64,000 bases of DNA, from contig CAVTCS010000003.1 of assembly GCA_963733295.1 (NCBI GenBank), positions 2,016,001-2,080,000 of the forward strand, in the 5' to 3' direction. The first letter of the stretch is position 1. Each line of letters starts with the position of its first letter. This stretch comes from Vulcanimicrobiota bacterium. GTDB taxonomy: Bacteria > Vulcanimicrobiota > Vulcanimicrobiia > Vulcanimicrobiales > Vulcanimicrobiaceae. Below are positions 1 to 9,498 of this stretch, one piece after another. The translations under genes were made by a program, and so were the position numbers. The notes below the pieces were generated by a model. The model did not search any database. It had not been told where the DNA came from and worked only from the letters and a program-made list of their open reading frames with translations.

Positions 1-2388
1 CTTGGTGGGCGCCGTGGTCACCGTGAAGTCAGCCACGCTCGAGAGCGGCACGAGCGTTCCGTCGGCGGCGCGGACCATGGCCTGCGTGATCTTCTGCAGA
101 TCGTTGCGCGCGAGGGTATCGAATTGGATGCGCAGGTCGGTCAAGCCTGAGTCGAGGCGTACCTTCGTGGGGACCGCTCCTCCGATTGCGATGCGGGCGG
201 TGAGCGCGGCATCGCTCGGCGCGACGCCGAGCAGTTCGGCGCGCGACGGATCGATGTGAATGTTGAGGCGCGGACCCTGCGCCTCGGCGCTGGTGGTGAC
301 GTTAACCGTTCCCGGCTGCGCGCGGATCAGCGCCGCGAGCTTCTCCGCGCCCTCATTCAACGCGGCGTCGGGACCCTTGAGCGTGTAGTAGATTTCGGCG
401 CCGCTACCTCCGCCGCTCTCGCTTGCGATTTGATAGTCCGCGCCCGGCACGACCCAGCCGAGCTTGCGCGCTTGCTTGACGACGGCGTCGGTCTCGCGGC
501 GATGGTTCTTGTTCAAGACGACCGTGAACTCGGCGTAGTTTCCGCCGGTCAAGTTGCTGAAGCCCGAGCGCTTCGCGCCGGCGGTGCTGAGAACCGCGTC
601 GACGTTGGGGATCTTTCGGAGCTCGGCGTCCAGCTTCGCGAGGCCGGCTTGCGTCACGGACAGCGGCGTTCCGACGCCGTAGGTCAGCGAGCCGTCGAGC
701 ACGCCGGTCGCCGAAGACGGGATGAATTCAGAACCGATGAAGCCGAGCGGCACCAGCGAGATCGAACCCACGACGAGTACGAGGCAGACGATCGGTACGA
801 GGATGCGATGGCGCAGCACCCACGGCAGCCCGTACGAGGTGTAGGCCTTCTGAGTGCGCTCGAAAGCGTTTTGGAACCAAGCGGCCCACCACGGAACGGC
901 GGGACTGCGCCGTTTGACCGACCAGCGTCCTGCGAGCAGCGGGGTGAGCGTGAACGATACGAGCAGCGAGAAGAGCGTCGCGACCACGATAACCAGACCG
1001 AACTCGCGCATGTACTTTCCGACGATCCCCGTGAGAAAGGCGATCGGCGCGAACACGACGACGTCGACGAGCGTGATCGTGATCGCGGCTTGGCCGATCT
1101 CGGTCCGCCCGATATAGGCGGCGTCGAGCGGGCTTTCGCCCATGTCGCGGTGCCGGGTGATGTTTTCGAGAACCACGATCGAGTCGTCGACGAGGATTCC
1201 GATCGTCAGCCCGAGGCCCATCATCGAAATGATGTCGACGGTGAATCCCATGACGCGCATCATGATGAACGTGGCGAGCAGCGAGCTCGGAATTGCGATC
1301 ATGACGACGAGGGCGTTGCGCCAGGCGTGCAAGAACAGCAGCATCACGATCGCCGTCAGCACGATGCCTTCCAAGAGGCTTTGCAGCACGCCGTTGATCG
1401 AAGCTTTGGTGTAGTCCGCCGAGGCGTCGATCTCCGAGAACTTGATGCTGGGATATCTCTTCGCGATCTTCGCCATTTCGGCACGCGCCGCAACCGTCGT
1501 CGAAATCGTGTCGGCTGAGGCTTGGCGCTCGATGTCGAGCAGGATCGAAGGCGATCCGTTATAGGTCGAGGGCCGGCGCTGTTCGACGTGCCCGTCCTCC
1601 ACGGCGGCGACGTTGCCGATCGTCAACAGCTTTTGCGCGCCGTTGGGAATGGGCAGCGGGATGCGCAAGATGTCCGTGGGGTGGATGATGTCCGCGTGAA
1701 CCGAGACGGTCGTCTCGCTGGTCGGCGCATCGATGCGGCCGCCGGGCAGGTTCGCGTTGTTGTTCACCAGCGCGTTGTAGACGTCTTCGAGCGTCGAGTT
1801 CGACCCGAGCAGACGGCGCTGATCGGGGAATACGTGCAGCTCGCGGACGGTATCGCCCGCGGTGTCGACGCTGAGTATGCCTTGGACGCCCTTGAGCTCG
1901 GGAACGATCGAGTTGTTGACGATGTCGCTGAGTTGCGCCGCGCTCAGCGTTTTGGAGCTGAGCGCCTCTTCGAGGATCGGATCGCTTGCCGTCGATTCCT
2001 TATCGACATAGGGCGGATCCATGTCGCTCGGCATGTAGATGCGCGCCGTTTGCACCCGGCGCTGGACGTCCATCGTCTCGTAGTTGAGATCGGTGTCGAG
2101 TTTGAAGCGCGCGACGACGACGGCGGTTCCCTCCTGCGCCGTCGCGGTCAGACGGTCGAGGTTCTCCATGCCGTTGAGCTGATCTTCGATCGGCTTGATG
2201 ACCAGCTTCTCCATTTCGGCCGGCGACGCGCCCGGATAAGTCGCGACCGTAAAGACATACGGAAACTGGACGTTCGGAAACAGGTTGACGCCCAGCGAGA
2301 AGTACGACATCACCCCGAAGATCGCGAGACCAATAAAGAACATCGCCGTGATCACGGGATTCCTGATCGCGAAACGGGTCAGCCACAC
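1..2388 (-). CDS. RND efflux permease, AcrB/AcrD/AcrF family (3' part runs off window)
   Basis: Manual minus-strand translation from GTG at 2388: MWLTRFAIRNPVITAMFFIGLAIFGVMSYFSLGVNLFPNVQFPYVFTVATYPGASPAEMEKLVIKPIEDQL...; TM4 motif GILVDDSIVVLENI. Absent from ORF track because no stop lies in the window. Confidence 0.93.
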   Translation of the reverse strand, partial: MWLTRFAIRNPVITAMFFIGLAIFGVMSYFSLGVNLFPNVQFPYVFTVATYPGASPAEMEKLVIKPIEDQLNGMENLDRLTATAQEGTAVVVARFKLDTDLNYETMDVQRRVQTARIYMPSDMDPPYVDKESTASDPILEEALSSKTLSAAQLSDIVNNSIVPELKGVQGILSVDTAGDTVRELHVFPDQRRLLGSNSTLEDVYNALVNNNANLPGGRIDAPTSETTVSVHADIIHPTDILRIPLPIPNGAQKLLTIGNVAAVEDGHVEQRRPSTYNGSPSILLDIERQASADTISTTVAARAEMAKIAKRYPSIKFSEIDASADYTKASINGVLQSLLEGIVLTAIVMLLFLHAWRNALVVMIAIPSSLLATFIMMRVMGFTVDIISMMGLGLTIGILVDDSIVVLENITRHRDMGESPLDAAYIGRTEIGQAAITITLVDVVVFAPIAFLTGIVGKYMREFGLVIVVATLFSLLVSFTLTPLLAGRWSVKRRSPAVPWWAAWFQNAFERTQKAYTSYGLPWVLRHRILVPIVCLVLVVGSISLVPLGFIGSEFIPSSATGVLDGSLTYGVGTPLSVTQAGLAKLDAELRKIPNVDAVLSTAGAKRSGFSNLTGGNYAEFTVVLNKNHRRETDAVVKQARKLGWVVPGADYQIASESGGGSGAEIYYTLKGPDAALNEGAEKLAALIRAQPGTVNVTTSAEAQGPRLNIHIDPSRAELLGVAPSDAALTARIAIGGAVPTKVRLDSGLTDLRIQFDTLARNDLQKITQAMVRAADGTLVPLSSVADFTVTTAPTK

Positions 2389-2594
2389 GGTGGGAAGCTC
2401 CTATCGGTGCAAAGCGGCGTCCGTCCGTACTACGAAGCACCGGGGCGGAGGTTTCGCCGCAGCCGGGACGCTGTCCCAGACCGGCGCAGGCCGCCGTAGC
2501 GGTCCCCGGCTTGCCCGCCGGAAGGGACATGTCGCCGATATCGAATTCGGGCGAGGAGCTTTCGCATTCTTTCCTGTCTCGGAGGCAGCCATTC

Positions 2595-3914
2595 ATGCTA
2601 AATCGCGAAACCTTCCTAAAGGCGTCGATCGCCGCCGCCGGCCTGACCCTGACCTCGGCTCCGCTCGGCTCCCAGGCCGCCGATGAGCCGGCGCTCGGCA
2701 ACTTCCCGGCGGGCATCCAGGGAAATACCGCTTTCATCGGGTTCGCCTGCCCCTTGACCGGCTCGTATTCGGCAGATGGCCAGGACCTGCGCCGCGGCTA
2801 CGAGCTCGCCGTCGAGGACCTCAACAACGGGACCGGCGTCATGGCAAAAATACCGAGCCTCGCCGGGAAGAAAGGGCTGCTCGGCAAGCAGATCATCTAT
2901 AAGGTCGCCGACAGCGAGACGAACCCGAACATCGCGGTTCAGCACTCGACCGAGTTCATCAGCCAGGACAAGGCCATCATGTTCTCCGGCGGCGTCGCGA
3001 GCTCCGAGGTGATCGCCATGGAGAAGCTCGGGCAGCAACAGAAGGTCATCTTCATGAGCGGCGCGAGCGTCTCCAACGACACGACCGGAAAAGACTGCCA
3101 GCGCTACGGCTTCCGCTCCGAACAAGACGCCTACATGGTCGCAAAGGCGCTCGCGCCGGTGATCGTCAAGGCGCTCGGCCGCAACCGCAAGGCGATCTAT
3201 CTCACGCCCGACTACACCTACGGCCATTCGATGACCAATTCGATGCGTGAGTTCACCGAAAAACTCGGTTGGCAGACGGTCGGCGACGTCGTCGCACCGT
3301 TTCCGACGAGCGACTACAGCTCGTTCCTAACGAACATCGCGGCCTCGGGCGCCGACACGTTCCTCAACTCCGAATATGGAAACGACGGAATCGCGTCGAC
3401 CAAACAGGCGGCGCAGTTCGGCATTCTCAAGAAGATGAAGCTCGTCGTCCCGAACCTCTCGGGCTACTTCGCCGACGGCGTGGGCGCTGAGGTTTTCGGC
3501 GGCGTCTATGGCACGTGTGAATGGCTGTTCCCGATGCAGGATCGCTTCCCGCTCTCGAAGCTCTTCGTCCAGGACTTCCAAAAGAAATATAACCTCCTGC
3601 CGCGCTTTCAAGCTCACATCGGCTATACGGAGGTCGCGTATTGGGCGAACGCGGTGGCCCGCGCGAAGACGTTCTATCCCGTTGCGGTCATCAAGGAACT
3701 CGAGTCGGGTCAACCGCTCGACCTGACGATGGGCAAAGTCTACTTTCGCGCCGAGGACCACCAAATGGTCCGCCCGGTTCCGGTCGTGATCGGGAAGAAG
3801 CCGTCGGAGATGACCAACAAAGACGACTTCCTGCGACTGGTGGAACTCGTACCGGGTGCCGATGTCATGCAGCCGCTCGAGTTGACCGGGTGCACGTTGC
3901 CCGGCTACACCTAA
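2595..3914 (+). CDS. Branched-chain amino acid type ABC substrate-binding protein (periplasmic binding protein type 1)
   Basis: GGAGG RBS then ATG 2595; N-terminal signal; motifs PLTGSYS..G, DSET.P, DYTYGH; heads a livHMGF-like operon. Confidence 0.88.
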   Translation: MLNRETFLKASIAAAGLTLTSAPLGSQAADEPALGNFPAGIQGNTAFIGFACPLTGSYSADGQDLRRGYELAVEDLNNGTGVMAKIPSLAGKKGLLGKQIIYKVADSETNPNIAVQHSTEFISQDKAIMFSGGVASSEVIAMEKLGQQQKVIFMSGASVSNDTTGKDCQRYGFRSEQDAYMVAKALAPVIVKALGRNRKAIYLTPDYTYGHSMTNSMREFTEKLGWQTVGDVVAPFPTSDYSSFLTNIAASGADTFLNSEYGNDGIASTKQAAQFGILKKMKLVVPNLSGYFADGVGAEVFGGVYGTCEWLFPMQDRFPLSKLFVQDFQKKYNLLPRFQAHIGYTEVAYWANAVARAKTFYPVAVIKELESGQPLDLTMGKVYFRAEDHQMVRPVPVVIGKKPSEMTNKDDFLRLVELVPGADVMQPLELTGCTLPGYT

Positions 3915-3930
3915 ACCGGAGCCGGAAGCA

Positions 3931-4803
3931 ACGCCTATTCATCTCATCGAGGCGCAGCTCCTCAACGGCGTCGCGCTCGGCGCGACGCTGGCTCTGGTTG
4001 CACTCGGTCTGACGATCGTCTTTGGCCTGCTCGGCTTCGTGAACTTCGCGCACGGCGCGCTGTTCATGCTCGGGGCGTACGCCGCGTGGGTCGCATACAC
4101 GAAAACCGGCTCGTTCGTCATCGGTATCGTGGCTGCGATCGCGGTGGCCTTTGTCGTGGGCGTGGTGATCGAACGACTGCTGATCCGGCTCTACTATCGG
4201 CGCCCGGCCGAAGATCAGATTCTCGTCACCTTTGGTTTGGGCATCGTTCTGGTCGAAACGGTGCGAACGATCTTCGGGGGCCAAACGCAGCTCGTTTCGA
4301 CGCCGGCTTGGGGTGAAGGCGCGGTGCAGATCGCCGATCTCGTCTATCCGCTCTATCGCTTGCAAGTCGTCGGCATCGTCGCCCTGACCCTGTTGGTCGT
4401 TTGGCTCCTGTTGTTCAAAACTCGCATGGGTTTGATCGTGCGAGCCGGTATCGACGATGCGTTGATCGTCAACGTGCTCGGCATCAACGTCAACCGGACG
4501 CTCATGCTGGTTTTCGCGCTGGGAGCACTGGTCGCCGGACTCGCGGGAGCCATCGATTCACCGATCGCTGCGGTCAACCCCGACATGGGAACCGGCTTGC
4601 TGGTGGAGTCGTTCGTCGTCATCGTGATCGGCGGCGTCGGCTCGTTCTCGGGAGCGATCGTCGGCGGTCTGCTCGCCGGTGAGATCATCAGTCTCACGAC
4701 CGTCTGGGCGTCCGACTGGTCGCAAGTCATGCTCTACATCGCGATGGCGCTCGTCTTGATCGTGCGACCACAGGGATTATTGGGCGTCGAAGGTCGCGTG
4801 TGA
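3931..4803 (+). CDS. livH: Branched-chain amino acid ABC permease LivH-like
   Basis: LLNGVALG...LGLTIVFGLLGFVNFAHG motif extends in frame upstream of ORF-track start 4039; start codon uncertain (ACG at 3931). Confidence 0.88.
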   Translation, partial: TPIHLIEAQLLNGVALGATLALVALGLTIVFGLLGFVNFAHGALFMLGAYAAWVAYTKTGSFVIGIVAAIAVAFVVGVVIERLLIRLYYRRPAEDQILVTFGLGIVLVETVRTIFGGQTQLVSTPAWGEGAVQIADLVYPLYRLQVVGIVALTLLVVWLLLFKTRMGLIVRAGIDDALIVNVLGINVNRTLMLVFALGALVAGLAGAIDSPIAAVNPDMGTGLLVESFVVIVIGGVGSFSGAIVGGLLAGEIISLTTVWASDWSQVMLYIAMALVLIVRPQGLLGVEGRV

Positions 4804-5861
4804 AGCTTCGCGCCGTCGCCGATCGCACGGGGCTGTGGGTCGAAGGGCTGGTCATCGCGTTCCTGATCGTCTTCCCGTGGATCTTGCAGCTGGCAGGCAC
4901 CGGAACCGACCTCGGGACGCGGATCTTGATCTTCGGTCTGTTCGGACTCGGAATGGACCTGATCTTCGGCTTCACCGGGTTGCTCTCGTTCGGTCAGGCG
5001 GCATTCTTCGGGAGCGGCGGTTTCATCACGTCGTACCTGCTGGTGCAGCACATCATTCCGAACACGCTCGCCGCGCTCGCGATCGGAACGATTTGCGCGG
5101 CCATCCTCGGCGCGGCCATCGGCTCCCTCGCGTTGCGCCAAAGAGGCATCTATTTCGCGATGCTCACGATCGCGTTTGCGCAGCTGTTCTACTTCCTCGA
5201 AAATTCGCCGCTGCGTGCCTACACGGGTGGCGAGAACGGCCTTCCCGGCGTTCCCAGGCCAACGGTCCCGCTGGGTTTTACGACGCTCGACTTCAGTTCG
5301 GGAATCGGGATGTACGTGTTCGTCGCGATCATCTACTTCGTCGGATTCGCGATTGCGCGCCGCATCGTCCGCTCGCCGTTCGGCGCAGTTCTTCATGCCA
5401 TCCTCGAGAACCGGGAACGAGCCGCGGCCGTCGGGCACGACGTGCGCCTGTACCAACTCGTCGCCTTCACGATCGCCGCGGCGTACGCGGGTTGCGCGGG
5501 CAGCTTGCTCGCGATGCTGCAAAACTACATGCCGCCCGAGGCGTTCTCGATCGAGCAGTCGGGTGAGATCCTCATCATGACGGTGATCGGAGGCGCCGGC
5601 ACGCTTATCGGCCCGCTGGTCGGGGCGGGAGTGTGGCTCTACCTGCGCCAGGAGCTGCAAAATATCGACCTGGTCGCCAATATTTGGAAGCTCGTCCTTG
5701 GGGTGATCTTCGTTTTACTCGTTACCGGCTTCCGGCGCGGAATCGTCGGCGGATTCGTGGCGTTTGCGCAACGGCGCGCACGGCGACGGGAAGCGGCGGA
5801 AGCCGAAGAACTTGCCCGGATGGAGACGCTGGCCGAAGAGAAGGCGGCAGCCGAACTCTGA
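4800..5861 (+). CDS. livM: Branched-chain amino acid ABC permease LivM-like
   Basis: GFTGLLSFGQAAFFG, YFAMLTIAFAQ, TGGENGL motifs; GTGA overlap with livH. Confidence 0.9.
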   Translation: MKLRAVADRTGLWVEGLVIAFLIVFPWILQLAGTGTDLGTRILIFGLFGLGMDLIFGFTGLLSFGQAAFFGSGGFITSYLLVQHIIPNTLAALAIGTICAAILGAAIGSLALRQRGIYFAMLTIAFAQLFYFLENSPLRAYTGGENGLPGVPRPTVPLGFTTLDFSSGIGMYVFVAIIYFVGFAIARRIVRSPFGAVLHAILENRERAAAVGHDVRLYQLVAFTIAAAYAGCAGSLLAMLQNYMPPEAFSIEQSGEILIMTVIGGAGTLIGPLVGAGVWLYLRQELQNIDLVANIWKLVLGVIFVLLVTGFRRGIVGGFVAFAQRRARRREAAEAEELARMETLAEEKAAAEL

Positions 5862-6637
5862 TGGTTTCCGCAGAAGTGAGCCCGCTACTCGAAGCGCGCG
5901 AGCTGACCAAGAGCTTTGGCGGACTCATTGCCGTCGACCAGGTTTCGCTTGCGATCGAACCCGGCACGGTGACGGCGCTGATCGGTCCCAACGGCGCCGG
6001 CAAGAGCACGTTTTTTAAGATGCTCGCCGGCGAGATCGCGCCAACGAGCGGAGACATCATGCTGCGCGGACAGCGCATCACCGGTAGCGGCGCAGCCAGC
6101 ATCTGTCAGCTCGGAATCGCAAAGAGCTATCAGGTCACCCAGATCTTTCCCAAGCTGACGGTAGTCGAGAATCTGATGATTCCGGCGCTCGCGTCCATTC
6201 GCGGTCGCTTTCGCGCCGACGTGTTTCGGAGCGTTCGCCGGGTCGGGCGTCTGGCCGAACTCGTCGAAAGCGTGCTGAGCAAGATTCGGCTCACCGAACG
6301 CGCCGAGATGCGCGCCGGCGATCTATCGTACGGCGAGAAACGACGGCTCGAGGTCGGCTTGGCGCTCGCCACCGAACCGGAACTTCTGCTGCTCGACGAG
6401 CCGGCCGCCGGTATGAGCGCCCGCGAAACGCACGACACGATCGAATTGATCAAGACCTTGCGCAAGACGCTGACGATCGTCATCGTCGAACACGACATGG
6501 ACGTCGTCTTCGGTCTCGCCGACAAGATCATGGTGCTGCAAGACGGCAAGACGATCGCATACGACGTACCGGAAGCAATTCGCCGCGACCCGCGCGTTCA
6601 AGAGGCGTACCTCGGAGGGATTGAGGACGTCTCATGA
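5861..6637 (+). CDS. livG: ABC ATP-binding protein LivG-like
   Basis: Walker A GPNGAGKS, LSYGEKRR, LLLDEP, EHDM, VQEAYLG; TGATG coupling at 5859-5863. Confidence 0.92.
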   Translation: MVSAEVSPLLEARELTKSFGGLIAVDQVSLAIEPGTVTALIGPNGAGKSTFFKMLAGEIAPTSGDIMLRGQRITGSGAASICQLGIAKSYQVTQIFPKLTVVENLMIPALASIRGRFRADVFRSVRRVGRLAELVESVLSKIRLTERAEMRAGDLSYGEKRRLEVGLALATEPELLLLDEPAAGMSARETHDTIELIKTLRKTLTIVIVEHDMDVVFGLADKIMVLQDGKTIAYDVPEAIRRDPRVQEAYLGGIEDVS

Positions 6638-7332
6638 GCCTGCTCGAGGTCGACGCGATCAACACGTATTACGGTGACTCGCACACCCTCTTCGACCTTT
6701 CGCTGCACGTCGAACCAGGCGAAGTCGTTGCGTTGCTGGGCCGCAACGGATCGGGAAAGACGACGACGATGAACACGATCATGGGCGTGCTCGCGCCCCG
6801 CAGCGGCGCGATCCGCTTCGACGGGCGTAACGTCGCGGGACTACCGCCGTATCAGATCGCGAAGCGCGGCGTTCAACTCGTTCCCGACACGCGGCGGATC
6901 GTCAAGACCATCACCGTTGAGGAGAATCTGCAGCTGGCCGCCTTCAGCGCGAAGACGCCTTGGTCTCGGGAGCGGATCTATGCGCTCTTTCCTCGGCTCG
7001 AGCAACGTCGCAAGAGTATGGGACGCGCGCTGTCCGGCGGCGAGCAACAGATGCTCGCGATCGCGCGCGCGCTTATCCGCGACGCGCAGCTGTTGCTGCT
7101 CGACGAACCTTTCGAAGGTCTCGCGCCGCTGATCGTCCGCGATCTCGTCGCAGCGGTCAAGCAGCTGAACGAAACCGGCAGAACGATCGTGATCGTCGAA
7201 CAGAACGTCCGCGCCGCGCTCTTGCTCGCGAGCCGCTGTTACATTTTGAGCAAGGGTCGAGTCGTCTACGAGGGTCCTTCGCGCGAGCTCCATGCGAGCC
7301 AGGAGCTCATGCACCGCTACCTGGGAGTTTAG
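6634..7332 (+). CDS. livF: ABC ATP-binding protein LivF-like
   Basis: GRNGSGKT, LSGGEQQMLAIARAL, DEPFEGLAP, VEQN. Confidence 0.93.
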   Translation: MSLLEVDAINTYYGDSHTLFDLSLHVEPGEVVALLGRNGSGKTTTMNTIMGVLAPRSGAIRFDGRNVAGLPPYQIAKRGVQLVPDTRRIVKTITVEENLQLAAFSAKTPWSRERIYALFPRLEQRRKSMGRALSGGEQQMLAIARALIRDAQLLLLDEPFEGLAPLIVRDLVAAVKQLNETGRTIVIVEQNVRAALLLASRCYILSKGRVVYEGPSRELHASQELMHRYLGV

Positions 7333-8545
7333 CCGCACGGCCGGCGAGCTTTGTCTCGTCTTCGAGCGTTCGTTCTATCCAGCGCGCAGCGCGCAAGAGC
7401 GCGGCATCCGAACCTGGGCCGCCCACGAGCTGCACGCCGATCGGCAAACCCTCGGCCGAACTCGCGATCGGTAGCGAAAGCGCGGGGAAACCCCAGTACG
7501 TCCACGGACCAAGCGGTAGGGGATCGCCCGTCGACTCACGGCCCGGCGCCGGATTAGCCGCGCCGAGCATCAGCGCGTCAAACCGGCCTACGAGTGCGGC
7601 GATCTCGCCGCGGCTTCGCCTGCACGACGCAAGAGCTTCGCGGTAATCTTCGTACGCGATGCCGGCGCCACGCGCGATGAGTTCGTCGATCTGCGGAGGC
7701 AACTTCAGCGCGCGCAACGGCCCAAGCGACGCGAACGCTTCAGCCGCTAAGATCGTGTCCAACGGTTCGATCGAGGCGTCGACCGCCGGCGGCAGGTCGA
7801 TAACTTCGACCGTGCATCCAGCAGCTCGCAAGCGCTCGGCAAGCGCGGCGAGCGCGCTGCGCACTTCGCCATCAAAGCGCTCGGCGTTGGCTTGCGGCGC
7901 GAAGGCGATGCGCGGCGGCCGGTCTGAGCGCGTATCGATACCAGACAAGAACACCGCGGCGAAGCGCGCAGCCGTTTCGACGTCGCAAGCCAGCACGCCG
8001 ACGTGATCGAGCGACGGTGCTAGCCGTCCAACCCCTTGCATCGGAATGGTACCGAAAGTCGGCTTGAATCCGACGACTCCGCAAAAGCTGGCCGGCCGCA
8101 GAATCGATCCGATCGTCTGCGTTCCGAGCGCGAACGGAACGTGTCCGGCCGCGACCGCCGCGGCGCTACCTGCACTCGACCCGCCCGGCGTGCGCGCTGC
8201 GTCATGCGGGTTACGGGTCGGAGCGGGATCTTTGAACGCGAGCGGCGTGGTCACCGTTTTGCCCACCGGCACGGCGCCCGCGGCCCGCAGCGCGGCAACG
8301 CACCACGCGTCCAATGCAGCCGCGGGAGTGTCGAGCTCGAGTCCGTTGCGCGTTGAAAAGCCCACGACGTCGATGACGTCTTTGACGCCGAACGGAATCC
8401 CGGACAACGGACCGCGCGCAGCAAGACGACGCGGCGCCTCCCGATCGACTTGCACCCAAGCACGCAGATCGGCATCGCCTGCAGCGATCCGCTCGAGGGC
8501 CTCCGCGGCGTTCTGCGCTGCGGGCATGCGGACCGGCACGATCAA
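7307..8545 (-). CDS. Amidase signature family enzyme
   Basis: GVKD Lys, PGGSSAGSAAAVAAG, GTQTIGSILRPASFCG. Confidence 0.92.
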   Translation of the reverse strand: MIVPVRMPAAQNAAEALERIAAGDADLRAWVQVDREAPRRLAARGPLSGIPFGVKDVIDVVGFSTRNGLELDTPAAALDAWCVAALRAAGAVPVGKTVTTPLAFKDPAPTRNPHDAARTPGGSSAGSAAAVAAGHVPFALGTQTIGSILRPASFCGVVGFKPTFGTIPMQGVGRLAPSLDHVGVLACDVETAARFAAVFLSGIDTRSDRPPRIAFAPQANAERFDGEVRSALAALAERLRAAGCTVEVIDLPPAVDASIEPLDTILAAEAFASLGPLRALKLPPQIDELIARGAGIAYEDYREALASCRRSRGEIAALVGRFDALMLGAANPAPGRESTGDPLPLGPWTYWGFPALSLPIASSAEGLPIGVQLVGGPGSDAALLRAARWIERTLEDETKLAGRAAKLPGSGA

Positions 8546-8574
8546 CTCACCGTTACCACCAAAGGAACAAAGAT

Positions 8575-9498
8575 TTAAGGTTCAAGCGTCCGAGCGACCC
8601 GGAAACCAAGGTAGTTGAGCCGGTAGTCGGATGCGAACCAGTAGCGGCTCGCCGAGCGGAGGAAGGCAGGAGCGATGAGCCAGGACCCGCCGCGCACGAC
8701 ACGGTGATAACAGCTAGCGCCGTCGATCCACGCCGAGCCGTCCGCCGGCGCGCCGCTGTAGGTGTTGTGGTAGCAATCCTCGGTCCACTCCCGGACATTG
8801 CCTACCATATCGAAGAGACCGAACCTGTTAGGGGCAAACGAACCGACCGGCGCGGTTTGCCTGGCGTCCCATTGGCTCCCACAGGCGTGGCAGTTCGCAT
8901 TGTTCGTGCCGATGGCATTGCCCCAGGGATAGGCCGTCTGCGTCCCGGCGCGCGTCGCATACTCGTATTCGGACCCCGAGAGCAACCGATAAGACTTGCC
9001 GGTCTTTTTCGACAGCCAAGCGACGTAAGCTTTGGCATCGTCCCAAGAAACGTTGATCACCGGTCTGCGGCCGCGGCCCCAGCCTTCATCGGAGGGCTTG
9101 TAGCCGTTGCAGCCGCCATCGGCCGCGCACGCATCCCATTCGTCGAAGGTCACCTCAAACCGGTCGACTGCAAATTGTCGCGCAATCGTGACCTTGTGTT
9201 GTGGGCCTTCGTCGGCCGAACGCCCCGGCTCGCTTGACGGCGAACCCATCGTGAAGCTCCCGGCCGGCACCACCAGCATCTCCGGGCAATTCGCACATTC
9301 CTTAAACGTGTCGCGCGGCTTCAGCGCCTTCTCTTGCATCCGCGATAGCGGCGCAACCTGAGTCGACGCGGCGGACGCTGCCGGCATTGTGAGCCATACG
9401 ATGATTGCGGCGCCAAGCACGCACGGCCCAACGAACGATGTCAGCACTGGCACAGTGCGCCGCCGCGCTTCTTCTTCGCGGCCTTCACACCTGTTCAT
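8575..9498 (-). CDS. Secreted FGE-sulfatase (SUMF1) fold protein, NirV-like, lacking the catalytic Cys pair
   Basis: PEMLVVPAGSFTMGS, PVINVSWDDA, LFDMVGNVREW, RGGSW, GFRVAR; ATG 9498 overlaps the narK-like 3' end. Confidence 0.88.
   Translation of the reverse strand: MNRCEGREEEARRRTVPVLTSFVGPCVLGAAIIVWLTMPAASAASTQVAPLSRMQEKALKPRDTFKECANCPEMLVVPAGSFTMGSPSSEPGRSADEGPQHKVTIARQFAVDRFEVTFDEWDACAADGGCNGYKPSDEGWGRGRRPVINVSWDDAKAYVAWLSKKTGKSYRLLSGSEYEYATRAGTQTAYPWGNAIGTNNANCHACGSQWDARQTAPVGSFAPNRFGLFDMVGNVREWTEDCYHNTYSGAPADGSAWIDGASCYHRVVRGGSWLIAPAFLRSASRYWFASDYRLNYLGFRVARTLEP

Noticed and set aside
256..2499. Long plus-strand ORFs (420 and 325 aa)
   Set aside because: Antisense shadows of the minus-strand RND gene in high-GC DNA
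8575..8700. FGE C-terminus as a diversity-generating retroelement variable region
   Set aside because: No template repeat or reverse transcriptase seen in the window
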